IMG/VR virus record: IMGVR_UViG_3300006921_000010
Location: 7,768 to 71,767 of that record
Reading direction: 5' to 3' (one strand)
Origin: a virus
Length of the DNA stretch: 64,000 bases
This document shows positions 48,022 through 58,273 of this stretch, piece by piece (the first letter of the stretch is position 1; every line of letters begins with the position of its first letter). The position numbers and the translations under genes were made by a program. The notes below the pieces were generated by a model. That model was not told the DNA's origin. It searched no databases and saw nothing but the letters and a program-made list of their open reading frames with translations.

Positions 48022-48922
48022 GATATTAGATGAAATTATAGGACAAGATAAGTTTGTTGCTGATGCAACACATTGGGGAACCGATTATTATGGTGTTATT
48101 ACAACCATGCCTAATGTTATACTATACGGTGTAGCAGGTGTAGGTAAAACTGCGGCGGCTCATGTGATTGCTAATAAATTACTAGGCGACAATAAGAAAT
48201 CAAACTTCTTTGAGATTAACGCATCAGATGATAGAAAGTTAGAGACAGTAAGAACAACAATAAAAGATATAGCCATGTCTATGAAAATAGGTGATGTGCC
48301 TCACAAGATAATACTGCTAGATGAAATGGATGGTATGACTCCTGATGCTCAGAATGCACTAAAGCGTGTGATGGAAAGATACAGCCACAATTGTAGATTC
48401 ATAATTACTTGTAATCGTAGACATAAGATAATACCGCCGCTACAATCTAGGTGTGCTAATTATCATTTTACCCGTTTATCCGATGCCGATGTGAAAGAAG
48501 TTTTGGTATCTGTCTTGGAAAGAGAAGGGAAACCCACGCCAGATTCTTCAGATTTCGACACCTTTATTAGTAGCCTTCAAGGTGATATTCGTAGGGGACT
48601 AACTGAACTTCAAGCCTCAGTTAATAGTGATACCCCGATAACAATACTAATAGAAAGAACACATGCACCTTACAAAGAAATAATGTCATTGGTTCTAAAT
48701 AAAGATTATAATAAGGCTCTCAATCAAATGCATAAATTAGTATACTTATCGGTAGATATGAAAGTAATATGTCAAAGTTTACATGATACGGTGATTGATA
48801 TGAATGATTTAGATAACGGCCAGAAGTTTAAGTATCTTAGAGTTATAGGTGAAGCCGAATGGAGAAGTAATAATATGACACCAAAGATACTATCTTCTTG
48901 GATGATAGGACAGATGATATAA
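47993..48922 (+). CDS. rfcS: Replication factor C small subunit (clamp loader)
   Basis: WTEKYRP, GVAGVGKT, EINASDDR, LDEMD, AQNAL, SRC. Confidence 0.93.
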   Translation: MLWTEKYRPKILDEIIGQDKFVADATHWGTDYYGVITTMPNVILYGVAGVGKTAAAHVIANKLLGDNKKSNFFEINASDDRKLETVRTTIKDIAMSMKIGDVPHKIILLDEMDGMTPDAQNALKRVMERYSHNCRFIITCNRRHKIIPPLQSRCANYHFTRLSDADVKEVLVSVLEREGKPTPDSSDFDTFISSLQGDIRRGLTELQASVNSDTPITILIERTHAPYKEIMSLVLNKDYNKALNQMHKLVYLSVDMKVICQSLHDTVIDMNDLDNGQKFKYLRVIGEAEWRSNNMTPKILSSWMIGQMI

Positions 48923-49007
48923 TGGATGTTGGAGTATTACTTATATTTACGTTTATATTATATTGGTGGATGACAAAGGATAGACAATATTATTAGGAGG
49001 AAAAAGA

Positions 49008-49244
49008 ATGAAGAAATTATTTGACTTTAACAATGATGGTAAAGTAGACAAAGAAGATTTCAAACACCTTATGTTAAGGTATGAAATAATTCTATTGGGA
49101 GGTATGGCATTAATTATATTGCCTATACTAAACTCAATGGGAGTAATAGAAGTAGATTCTGATACGTTCTGGGTTTTGGCAGGTATTGTCATTAGCGCAG
49201 AAGCAGTATTAGAAATCATACACGAAAGGAGGAAAAAAGAATGA
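49008..49244 (+). CDS. Small membrane protein with EF-hand-like loop
   Basis: DFNNDGKVDKEDF followed by two hydrophobic helices. Confidence 0.55.
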   Translation: MKKLFDFNNDGKVDKEDFKHLMLRYEIILLGGMALIILPILNSMGVIEVDSDTFWVLAGIVISAEAVLEIIHERRKKE

Positions 49245-49495
49245 TTGAAAATGACATGGATGCTGATGCATTCTATGCTGATGAAATGATGAAAACAGAA
49301 AAACCTGTATATGCAGGTAGTAAAGACTATGCTACAAACAGCATACGTTGTGAAGACATTCGGATAAATAATGCTGATGGTGATACATTAGTTAGACTTT
49401 ATTTAGATGATAGTAAACATGCATTCGCACACTTAACGGTGTCCGTAAAGGATAATAGTATTGTAATGCGAATACTAAACGAGGAAGAAAGATGA
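49241..49495 (+). CDS. Hypothetical protein
   Basis: 84 aa, GGAGG SD. Confidence 0.5.
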   Translation: MIENDMDADAFYADEMMKTEKPVYAGSKDYATNSIRCEDIRINNADGDTLVRLYLDDSKHAFAHLTVSVKDNSIVMRILNEEER

Positions 49496-49564
49496 GCCAA
49501 TCTTGGGAATCGTATAAAAAAGCAAAAAAGAAATGGCTAGAAAGAAAAAAAGGAAGTAATAAAA

Positions 49565-50782
49565 ATGGAAGAACAAATAGTAAATGAAGTAAACAAGGCA
49601 GCAGAAATGTTGCAGATGGAAGTAAGTGAGGTAGAAGCAAAGTATATGGAAATATGCCAAGCAAATAACCTCGACCCTGTTGGTGATGTGTTATTAGCAC
49701 GTTCATTATTCAGGCAATGGTTTAGCGGTGCTTACCAATATAAAGATGCACCACAGCAAGAAACACGACAAAGCAATAGTTTGATTAAAGATGCAGTAGG
49801 ATATTTTATCTCAGTTAGCGAACCTATGGATATGGGTGCTAGAAGAAATGAACAGATTCTTGGCGAATATAAGAGAGACCAACATGGCACATTTAGCACA
49901 GGAAAAGTTGCTACTGCTAGGAAAGAAGGTGAGAGTTATGTTATCTCAAGAATGCACAATGGTGAACAACAAGATAAAACTCTATCAGCATTACCTGATA
50001 ATAGCCACGAAGTAGAGTTTGGACAGTGGGTAATACCATTGGATAACATACCTGCTTATGGTGAAAGAAAGAACAAGGCATACGGTAAACCTTTACCTGC
50101 TAGTCAAAGCAGAATGCAAGGGGTATTCTTGGGTGAAGTTGATGGTGAAAGTAATCTATATTACTTCTCTTACAAGGGAACATCTGCTAAGACATTTACA
50201 CCAAGAACCTTTAAACTTCTAAGTATGGAAGTAATTAAAGATAGTAATAACCCAAACCGTATATATGGTTTCAAGGATGGCACAGCAAACAGTTTGAAGT
50301 ATAATGCTGATTTAGAAGAAGGTAGTAAATTACCAGAACCAAGTGTTTCTGATATGCAGAATTATACAATGGAACATGCTATGAATAATTATAGCCCATT
50401 GATTGATGTTGGTATGTATCATACTAATGTTGCTGATAGAAACTATGCTGAGAAGTTTGTAATAACAGACGGAACAGTTACTAGCATGAACATGACACCT
50501 AATAGGTTAGGTAGTCGAAGAATAACAATTACCGATGTAAACTCGGATTATAGTTATGACGGTTCATGGGCGGGAACAACTTGTTGGATACCTGCACACT
50601 TAGACTTAGACTTTGGAATTAATTCAAATGTTTTAGTTGTGGGTAGGACTTCACAAGGAAGAAACGATGATGGTAGTTTTAGAGAAGTTTCTTTGAACCT
50701 TAGTGGAATACTTTGCATTAACAACATGGGGGTTGTAGCAGAACCATTTGAGGCAGAAGAAGAAGACCTAGATTGGTTCTGA
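49565..50782 (+). CDS. ssDNA-binding protein (RPA-like OB folds)
   Basis: C-terminal OB-like segment (VITDGTV...ITITD...VLVVGRTSQ) and acidic tail EEEDLDWF; replication cluster context. Confidence 0.6.
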   Translation: MEEQIVNEVNKAAEMLQMEVSEVEAKYMEICQANNLDPVGDVLLARSLFRQWFSGAYQYKDAPQQETRQSNSLIKDAVGYFISVSEPMDMGARRNEQILGEYKRDQHGTFSTGKVATARKEGESYVISRMHNGEQQDKTLSALPDNSHEVEFGQWVIPLDNIPAYGERKNKAYGKPLPASQSRMQGVFLGEVDGESNLYYFSYKGTSAKTFTPRTFKLLSMEVIKDSNNPNRIYGFKDGTANSLKYNADLEEGSKLPEPSVSDMQNYTMEHAMNNYSPLIDVGMYHTNVADRNYAEKFVITDGTVTSMNMTPNRLGSRRITITDVNSDYSYDGSWAGTTCWIPAHLDLDFGINSNVLVVGRTSQGRNDDGSFREVSLNLSGILCINNMGVVAEPFEAEEEDLDWF

Positions 50783-50798
50783 AACCAATTGTATCTTA

Positions 50799-51110
50799 TT
50801 GGTAGTAGCGACCAACGAGGGGGTGCAAAGCCCCCAACCAAATAAAGGAAGAAAAAATATGTATGAAATAACAGATAGAATAATACATGGTTCAAGTTTC
50901 GCAGTGGAACTTGATACCATAGAGTTTCTAACTATGAGATTGAATGAAGAAACCAATGAATATTGGCTTAAGATGCATTTACCCTCAAGTAAAGAAATAA
51001 GATTGAAAGTCAGCGAGACTGATGTAAGAAACATTGTAGAACAATGGACACAAAATGGAAATATTGATTTAAATATAGGTGATGAAAATTATGGATTGGA
51101 CAAAAGATAG
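50799..51110 (+). CDS. Hypothetical protein (likely start MYEITDR)
   Basis: ORF in operon. Confidence 0.5.
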   Translation: MVVATNEGVQSPQPNKGRKNMYEITDRIIHGSSFAVELDTIEFLTMRLNEETNEYWLKMHLPSSKEIRLKVSETDVRNIVEQWTQNGNIDLNIGDENYGLDKR

Positions 51111-51990
51111 AAAAGGAGAAGCACATAAAGAAGATGAAGACGATTTCTTTGCACTACAGAAGGCAAAGATACTCGCACAAATACAGGCAAGATTGGATAG
51201 AGATAGAAGTCATCTTCTATGTTCTATTACAGGCAACCCAAAGACAGGTAAGACAGGTCTAGTATTAGACTCTAGGACTGAAGAACAAATAGCAGAAGGT
51301 AAGAAAATATACATCTTAGATTTTGATAGAGGCGCAGAACCTACATGGGATTCTTGTTGGGATAGAGATGAGAATATAGTTATCTTTGACCCTATTGAGA
51401 TGAGAGCAGATGGTTCTACTAATTGGGAAATTACGTTTAAGAATGCAAGTAGTTTCTGTCAATTGGCTAAGGAAGCATTAACAGAAGAACCTGGAAGTAT
51501 ATGCACTTTTGTTTTAGATGGTGTAGACAAAGCCTTTGAAGGTTCTAGTGATGTATTAAGAGAGTTGCTAGTTAAACAACAGACAAGAGAAGGAACAGTT
51601 GTTCATGCTACTGATTCAGTTAAGGTATCTACTCTTGATTGGAAAATTAGAAATAGAGTATACAATAGACTATTGGATTTAGTTTGTAATCTACAATGTG
51701 ATAGATTTTTAATTACACACATGAAACCATTGTATGATAATATCAACGTGCCTACACCGATAGGTCATACACCTGATTGGCATAAATCAACACCTGCAAG
51801 GTTCGTTCAAATGATTCATATTAGAAAGGAATTAAGAAGAAATGGTGATAGTGAGCAGACTAACTACATTGCTAGGTTAGATGCAAGTAAAACAAACCCA
51901 ACTCTTGTAGGAAACGAATGGACTATCTTTACAACAAATGGTGAGAACAAATGGAACGGAATAACAGAACTACGAGAGGGAACTCTTTGA
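51079..51990 (+). CDS. RecA-superfamily (Sak4/AAA_24-like) ATPase
   Basis: GNPKTGKT, ILDFDRG, VLDGVD, LITH. Confidence 0.7.
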   Translation: MMKIMDWTKDRKGEAHKEDEDDFFALQKAKILAQIQARLDRDRSHLLCSITGNPKTGKTGLVLDSRTEEQIAEGKKIYILDFDRGAEPTWDSCWDRDENIVIFDPIEMRADGSTNWEITFKNASSFCQLAKEALTEEPGSICTFVLDGVDKAFEGSSDVLRELLVKQQTREGTVVHATDSVKVSTLDWKIRNRVYNRLLDLVCNLQCDRFLITHMKPLYDNINVPTPIGHTPDWHKSTPARFVQMIHIRKELRRNGDSEQTNYIARLDASKTNPTLVGNEWTIFTTNGENKWNGITELREGTL

Positions 51991-52760
51991 ATAGTATTCA
52001 AGTGAATACTAAATCATTTATAGAAGCAATAGAGGCAATTTGGCTTAAAGGTAAATATAAGTCCTCTACTACTTCTAAGACTGATGTTATCAGTAATACC
52101 TGTGTAGCAATTGTTAGAAGTGAAGAGTTAGAGTTATTGAACGGTAATGATAAAACAGCATTGAGTGTTATAATACCAATTGAAGAACAAATCTCAGTAG
52201 TAGAAGAGATGCTTATATTTGATATAGAGAAACTAATGAAATACGTTAAGAATATGAAATGTGTAAATCTTACATTAAGATTTAATCAATCTACGTTAGA
52301 AGTTAAAGGATTAGTTAAAACAGTTAAATTACCAAGACTGTTAGAGCATACTAATATGAATCTAATTACTATGATTATGTCATTTGACTATGAGCATGGT
52401 GGTAAGGCTATATTCGGCAAGACAGAATTACCTTGTCAATTATCATTTAATGGTAATGAATTGAAAGAAGCAGTTAAGTTTTGTTCTGTATCTGGCACAG
52501 CAACATATACTATTGTGCATTGGGGTGGGAATAATGAGTTTAAACTTATGTCATCAAGCAGTAGTGGCACAGATACTAGTGAAGTAAACGTATCATTACT
52601 ATCAGAAAATGATTATGATGCAACAGTTTCATTTTCTGCACCATTAGATAAGTTTTGTATAGATAGTGAGATGACAATATTAACAGGTGATAACTTACCT
52701 GTTATGTTAATTGGGGAAAGTAGAAAGATGGTGGTAGCACCATACGTTAGAAGTGATTGA
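51951..52760 (+). CDS. pcna: DNA sliding clamp (PCNA-like)
   Basis: Size, two-domain beta/alpha pattern ending LPVMLI...VVAP; located between ATPase and PolB. Confidence 0.65.
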   Translation: MERNNRTTRGNSLNSIQVNTKSFIEAIEAIWLKGKYKSSTTSKTDVISNTCVAIVRSEELELLNGNDKTALSVIIPIEEQISVVEEMLIFDIEKLMKYVKNMKCVNLTLRFNQSTLEVKGLVKTVKLPRLLEHTNMNLITMIMSFDYEHGGKAIFGKTELPCQLSFNGNELKEAVKFCSVSGTATYTIVHWGGNNEFKLMSSSSSGTDTSEVNVSLLSENDYDATVSFSAPLDKFCIDSEMTILTGDNLPVMLIGESRKMVVAPYVRSD

Positions 52761-54426
52761 AATGATAATAAGCACTGTAGATAAGAATAATATGATTGGC
52801 CTTAGATGGCGAGATGAAAATAATAAAAGAGTAGTGGAGGAGGTTTCTTACGAAGAAGCCCCTCCCTATTTCTTTGTAGAGCAAAGTGCTAATAGAATAA
52901 AAAGAATGTCTGTTAAAGAATACGGACAAAGTTTCACTATCAATGTTAGTTATGAAGAAGGTGATTATGTTTCTTTAGAGAAGAAGAAACTAACTAAAGT
53001 TACGTGGACTCCTCCTAAACCGTGGTATGGTAAAACATTAAAGAATCAATTTAATAAAACGTATGAAGCAGATGTAGCATACTCATACAGATATGCTGTT
53101 GATAACATACATGATATGCCAGAGTATGACCTTAGAAAAATCTATTGGGATATGGAGTGGCAACAAGGTGGTGAACATGATAATGCAGTTACTTGTATTT
53201 CCTACTATGATAGTTATACAGGTGTATCTAATGTATTATGGTGGACACCATTAGGTGCTGTTCGTGATATTATAGACCATTGTAAGCCAAATGAAAGTGA
53301 GCATGATATGTTAGAATGTTTTCTTACGGTTATAGAAAGTCATGACCCAGATATGCTAGTTGCATGGTTTGGTTCTAAGTTCGATTTACCTAAGTTAATT
53401 GAAAGACTACATGCTAATGGTATAGACCCTAGACGTTTATCTCCTTATCATGATGTTAAAGGTGTATTCTTTGAACCAAGTAAAGGGATTAAACTCACAA
53501 AGGCAGTAAATAACTACTCACCAATAGAACAACCTATTCGTGGAAGACTTGTTCTAAACCTAGACTTAGCATTTGAAAGGCAATGGAATGATTCACAAAG
53601 AGGAACATTACCTTCTATGGCTTTGGATTATGTATCTGAATTGGTATTAGGGACTAAGAAACTTGTTAGTGAAAAGTTTCCTGATAAGAATGATTTCTTT
53701 CAAAGAGGATGGCTTGAAGATACTCAAAGATATTTAGATTATGCTAGGGTTGATGTAGACCTTCTGGTTCAAATTGATGACAATATGAACACATCAGAAT
53801 CTGTAATAGCATTACAGCGATTGCTAAAAGCACCCTTTGAAGCATGTTTCTATGCAAGCAATATGGGTGGGATATACTTCATGCGTAATGCATGGTGGAA
53901 AGCCCCTACGGGTGAGAAAGGTGAACGTATAAATTATGAAGGTGCCATGATTTATGACCCTTTAACTGAAGGCACAAATGGACTACATTTAGGTGTAGCC
54001 GCATTTGATTTTGCACAACTGTATCCATCAATGATGATAGCAAGAAATATTTCTTGGGAAACTAAATCAAATGAACCAACGGAGTTTGCAGTTAATATAT
54101 TAACTCCAAGAGATTTCAGTGATGTTACAAAAGAAGATATGCGTTATTTCAAAACAGATAAACTTGGTTTATTACCAAAAGCAGTTTTGGAACTTAAAGA
54201 ACTAAGAGATGAATATAAAGCAAAGATGCGACAAGCAGAAACTAAAGACGAACAAATTAAATGGAACAGTAATCAATTGGCAGTTAAACGACTGATGGCT
54301 TCATTCTATGGTATTACCGCATATCAAGGCTTTGGTTGGGCTGACGTAGATATAGCGGCTTCAATAACTGCTAGTGCTAGAGAAGCAATTAGATGTGCAG
54401 CATTAAAAGTGGAGGGATTAGAATGA
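52753..54426 (+). CDS. polB: Family B DNA polymerase, N-terminal part (3'-5' exonuclease, motifs A and B)
   Basis: WDME, FDLPKL, YARVD, FDFAQLYPS, KRLMASFYG. Confidence 0.92.
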   Translation: MIEMIISTVDKNNMIGLRWRDENNKRVVEEVSYEEAPPYFFVEQSANRIKRMSVKEYGQSFTINVSYEEGDYVSLEKKKLTKVTWTPPKPWYGKTLKNQFNKTYEADVAYSYRYAVDNIHDMPEYDLRKIYWDMEWQQGGEHDNAVTCISYYDSYTGVSNVLWWTPLGAVRDIIDHCKPNESEHDMLECFLTVIESHDPDMLVAWFGSKFDLPKLIERLHANGIDPRRLSPYHDVKGVFFEPSKGIKLTKAVNNYSPIEQPIRGRLVLNLDLAFERQWNDSQRGTLPSMALDYVSELVLGTKKLVSEKFPDKNDFFQRGWLEDTQRYLDYARVDVDLLVQIDDNMNTSESVIALQRLLKAPFEACFYASNMGGIYFMRNAWWKAPTGEKGERINYEGAMIYDPLTEGTNGLHLGVAAFDFAQLYPSMMIARNISWETKSNEPTEFAVNILTPRDFSDVTKEDMRYFKTDKLGLLPKAVLELKELRDEYKAKMRQAETKDEQIKWNSNQLAVKRLMASFYGITAYQGFGWADVDIAASITASAREAIRCAALKVEGLE

Positions 54427-54499
54427 AAAGTAAAATGTTAATACGAATAATATATGTAATAGGTAAAATATCTACCATAATCGGTAGATTTAACAGTAG

Positions 54500-55414
54500 G
54501 TGGAGAAAATGAGAGTAGTTTATGGACATACAGATTCAATATACGTTCAGATGCCTATGGAACGGGCAGAAGAAACATTAGCATTACTAAATAATCATGT
54601 TAGAAGTCATTTCCCAAACCTGTTGGGTCTAAAGGAACACCCTGTAACTTTAGAGTTTGAGAAATACTACAAGACTTTAGGAGTAGGTATTACTAAGAAC
54701 AGAAATGCAGGTCTAATAACATGGAAAGATGGTAAAACATTAGAAGAACCGGAGTTTGTTATGACAGGTTTTTCTGCTAAAAGAGTAGCAGTAACTACAT
54801 TAGCAAAGACAATTCAATTAGAAGTGCTTAATCGTTGGGTCAATGAAGAGAGTGAAGAGAGTATTACTTCATATCTTAAGACTCAATACAATAGAGTATT
54901 AAACGGTCAAATTGAAATTGATGAGATAACAAACAGAAGTAGATATAGACCCGAAAGATTCGTCTATAAGTGTAATGATTGTAATAAAGAATACACCGTA
55001 GATGATGCAATTAAAAGACACAAGGAGTTTACTACTTCTTTTTGTGGTAAGTGCGGCACCGAGTTAGACTTAAAAACTCTTGAAGGTAAACAACCAAGTA
55101 TAGGTAGTGGAGTAGAAGGAGTAATTTGGTGGAACCAAACATATCCTACACCTATTAGTGAATCGTATTTTTATGTTAGAGTCCAAGATGACCCGTTAAG
55201 GCTTAAATATATTAATCCAATAACAGGAATGCACAAAAGACCAACCTACTTAGCGGCACCAAGTAAAGAACAGATGCCGAATCATATCCCAGATTATAGA
55301 CACTATTCAGATTCTATAATCAAAAAAGCAGAACCGATTTACAATGCTATGGGATGGGATTTAAAACCAATTAAAAACGATGTGAATCAAACAAACCTAG
55401 AAGAATGGTGGTAA
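54500..55414 (+). CDS. polB: Family B DNA polymerase, C-terminal part (motif C, thumb; likely start 54509)
   Basis: YGHTDS, LEFEK, KNRNAG; CNDC...CGKCG insertion; C-terminal QTNLEEWW PIP box. Confidence 0.9.
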   Translation: MEKMRVVYGHTDSIYVQMPMERAEETLALLNNHVRSHFPNLLGLKEHPVTLEFEKYYKTLGVGITKNRNAGLITWKDGKTLEEPEFVMTGFSAKRVAVTTLAKTIQLEVLNRWVNEESEESITSYLKTQYNRVLNGQIEIDEITNRSRYRPERFVYKCNDCNKEYTVDDAIKRHKEFTTSFCGKCGTELDLKTLEGKQPSIGSGVEGVIWWNQTYPTPISESYFYVRVQDDPLRLKYINPITGMHKRPTYLAAPSKEQMPNHIPDYRHYSDSIIKKAEPIYNAMGWDLKPIKNDVNQTNLEEWW

Positions 55415-55418
55415 TAAA

Positions 55419-56297
55419 ATGACAGAAGAATTAAGAGAATATACATATAAATGGAATGCAGATAATTATGATGATGATACACAACCCATATTGAAGATAA
55501 CAAAATCTTCATTTGGTTCATTTCAATGGTGTCCTAAGAAGTATGAGTTTAACTACATACACAGGCTACCTCAATCTACATCAGAAGCAATGATAAAAGG
55601 AACAGTAGTTCACAATAGCAGAGAAGAGTTCTTTAACGTGTTTGACGTTAAGAAAGCAGAAGACCTAAGTTACCATGAATTGGTAGAATATAATATGAGT
55701 CTATACCCAATAGATGGATATAGTGATATGTATAAAATCATATCAACCTTTGAAGCAGATAGGTTTCTTAAATCTAAAGAAGATAATACAATACATGAAT
55801 ACCTACCTGTTGTAAATGAAGCAACGTTAGATGCTGAGATAACTATACCTCATGCCTTTAATCCTAAATACGTTTTACAACGTGATTATGTTGTTCACTT
55901 ACAAGGAATAATAGATAGAATGTTTGTTCAAGATAACAAATATATTCCTTTAGAGTTGAAGACAGGCGCATGGAAGGACTATAAAACAACAAGTATGAGA
56001 AAAGAAATGGCCTTCTATAAGATGTTAGTAGAGAATGCTACTGATGAAAGCCTAGCAAATGCAGGTATTAGTAGAGATATACCAATAACTAATTGGGGTT
56101 GGTATTACCCTGCATCTAATTACATACATGTAGAACCTGTTAAGACTAGCAGTTACAAAGCAGTAATGAATGGCATATGTCAATTACTACATGCTTATGA
56201 GCAGAAAGAGTTTAATGCTAAGTATTTTTACAATACTTGTCAGCATTGTAGTTTTTACAGTATATGTCCATCAGCACAGGAGAGTGAATGGCTATGA
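55419..56297 (+). CDS. Cas4-like PD-(D/E)xK exonuclease
   Basis: WCPKK, GIIDR, ELKTG, C-terminal CQHCSFYSIC (Fe-S cysteines). Confidence 0.85.
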   Translation: MTEELREYTYKWNADNYDDDTQPILKITKSSFGSFQWCPKKYEFNYIHRLPQSTSEAMIKGTVVHNSREEFFNVFDVKKAEDLSYHELVEYNMSLYPIDGYSDMYKIISTFEADRFLKSKEDNTIHEYLPVVNEATLDAEITIPHAFNPKYVLQRDYVVHLQGIIDRMFVQDNKYIPLELKTGAWKDYKTTSMRKEMAFYKMLVENATDESLANAGISRDIPITNWGWYYPASNYIHVEPVKTSSYKAVMNGICQLLHAYEQKEFNAKYFYNTCQHCSFYSICPSAQESEWL

Positions 56298-56677
56298 TAG
56301 AAAAAATAGTTAGAGATGAATTAAACACAAGAGTTTGGACATTTACAGAAATAGCAAACGTATCAACTACTGTTGAGTTATTAACTCAAATGGTCTATGA
56401 TAAAATGCCTACAAAGGATAAATTAAAATTAGTATGGGATGTAGAAGTTTTTTCTGGAAGTATGGAAGAAAGGATTTATTTTGGTGAATTATACACAAAA
56501 ACAATAATGTCAGAGTTAAGAGTAATGGTTGCTGATATTGTTAAGGATGAATTATCATCAGCAAAAATAGTATTTAATAAAAATGAGGTAGATAAAAATG
56601 AAGTTTCCGAGAGAAGTTTGGGCGGGCAGTCATCTAAAAGACGCACCCCAGATGAAGCGAGTGATAGTGAAGAGTAA
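56288..56677 (+). CDS. Hypothetical protein
   Basis: 129 aa in operon. Confidence 0.5.
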   Translation: MAMIEKIVRDELNTRVWTFTEIANVSTTVELLTQMVYDKMPTKDKLKLVWDVEVFSGSMEERIYFGELYTKTIMSELRVMVADIVKDELSSAKIVFNKNEVDKNEVSERSLGGQSSKRRTPDEASDSEE

Positions 56678-57596
56678 GCAAGAGTTTACTGAATGGGTCA
56701 ATGCCTTTAATGGTAAGATGAATTGCTATACAACAGTATATGATTTTGAAGAGTATGCTGAAACAGCAAAGGTAGATTCTACTTGTGTTAAGGACAGAAT
56801 GTTTTTAGATTTTGACGCACACGGAGAACCGTTAATTAATGCATGGAAGGACTTTAATCATATAGTAGTAAACATATTAATGACTAAAGACATAGTATTC
56901 AAAATGTATTTTAGTGGTAAAGGATTTCATATAATAGTAATGGGGAATAGAACAGATGATATTAGAAGCATTCAAAGTAGTTTTTCCAGATTGGCTATTG
57001 ATAGCCCTACGTTGGATAGAACGGGCGTTCAAACTAATAGGCTTAGGCGTATTCCTAATACTGTCAATCTTAGTAGTGAAGGGCCATATTATTGTATTCC
57101 TTTAACTTATGACGATTTATTAGAAGGTTTAGACTATGTTCTAAATAAAGCAAAGACGGGTAATTATCCTACTATAACTTATGGAACTAAACCTATGTTA
57201 TGGGACAGCGTTAAACCTATAGAAACTTCTGATGTAGAAGTTGTAGCACCTAAACCACCAGGAGAATTACCTATACTACCATGTTTGTATAATTCAATCA
57301 TGGTAGAAAATCCAGGCCATTATGCTAGAGTATATTTAGTCCAATGGTATAGAGATATATTAGCGATAGGTGAAAGAGAATTAACTCCTGATAAACAAGA
57401 GGTTATCATTCAGATTATAATGAATGAGATTAAATCTATTGTAGCACATGATGGTGTTTGGTTAGATTGGGATGAAAACGTAACCCTAAAAAATGTAAGG
57501 TGGATGGTATCAAAAGGTTATCATGCACCTAGTTGTGAAGCAATACTTGTGCCTCAAGGATATTGTATAGGTAAATGTTGGAGGTATCCAAAATGA
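56598..57596 (+). CDS. Archaeo-eukaryotic primase, PriS fused to a PriL-like C-terminal domain
   Basis: FLDFD, FSGKGFH, RLRRIPNT; then LPC...HYAR...Y.APSC.....GYC...C. Confidence 0.85.
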   Translation: MKFPREVWAGSHLKDAPQMKRVIVKSKQEFTEWVNAFNGKMNCYTTVYDFEEYAETAKVDSTCVKDRMFLDFDAHGEPLINAWKDFNHIVVNILMTKDIVFKMYFSGKGFHIIVMGNRTDDIRSIQSSFSRLAIDSPTLDRTGVQTNRLRRIPNTVNLSSEGPYYCIPLTYDDLLEGLDYVLNKAKTGNYPTITYGTKPMLWDSVKPIETSDVEVVAPKPPGELPILPCLYNSIMVENPGHYARVYLVQWYRDILAIGERELTPDKQEVIIQIIMNEIKSIVAHDGVWLDWDENVTLKNVRWMVSKGYHAPSCEAILVPQGYCIGKCWRYPK

Positions 57597-58273
57597 ATAA
57601 ACTAATAATAGACAGTAGGGAAAACTCAGAGTTGTATAGTGCAGTTAGGGATGAAAGTATTAAACTTAATTTGATGACTGAAAAACAATGGCTAGAAATA
57701 GGAGATTATGTTTTTCAAGATGTTTGTTTTGAGGCTAAGTCTACTATTGATTTCTTACAGTCTGTAATAAACAAAAGATTGTGGAATCAATTAGACAATA
57801 TGGATAGACATTACGAACATTGTTTTCTGATAATACATGGCTCATTACATGAGGCCATGAAATACCCTAAGTATGTAAACATCAATATGACAGAACAACT
57901 AATAACAAACAAGTTTTATGGTGCTATTGGTAAGATTAGTTTAGATACAGATGTAAAAGTATTCTGGGTAGAAGGGCCGAGAAAAGCCGCTAAGATAATG
58001 ACTACCATATGTAAGATGAGACCAATCAATAGAACAGTAATTAAACCAAGTTTACTTAAAAGAATAACAACAGATGATTTAAGAATAAACCTACTAGCAA
58101 GTATTAAAGGAGTTAGTGAAATGAAGGCTCAACAATTAATTGATGAGTTTGGTTCACTAATGGAAGTAGGCGAAGCAAATATAGAAGAAATAACAAAGAT
58201 AGAAGGAATAGGAACAAAAACAGCAGAGCGCATCGTAGATGTAATGAATAGCGAAGATAGAGTGATAATATGA
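57575..58273 (+). CDS. ERCC4/XPF-family nuclease with HhH motifs
   Basis: IDSRE, GDY, EAKS..DF..S, IKGVS and IEGIGTKTA. Confidence 0.88.
   Translation: MLEVSKMNKLIIDSRENSELYSAVRDESIKLNLMTEKQWLEIGDYVFQDVCFEAKSTIDFLQSVINKRLWNQLDNMDRHYEHCFLIIHGSLHEAMKYPKYVNINMTEQLITNKFYGAIGKISLDTDVKVFWVEGPRKAAKIMTTICKMRPINRTVIKPSLLKRITTDDLRINLLASIKGVSEMKAQQLIDEFGSLMEVGEANIEEITKIEGIGTKTAERIVDVMNSEDRVII

Noticed and set aside
50772-50842. Canonical tRNA gene
   Set aside because: No TTC in the T-loop and no proper D or anticodon arms; kept only as a tRNA-like structure.
54427-54508. PolB pseudogene or frameshift
   Set aside because: Both halves keep their catalytic motifs and have translationally coupled starts, consistent with a genuine split gene.
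55419-56297. Cas4 as evidence of a CRISPR-Cas system
   Set aside because: Stand-alone Cas4-like nucleases are common in archaeal virus replication modules; no other cas genes are present.
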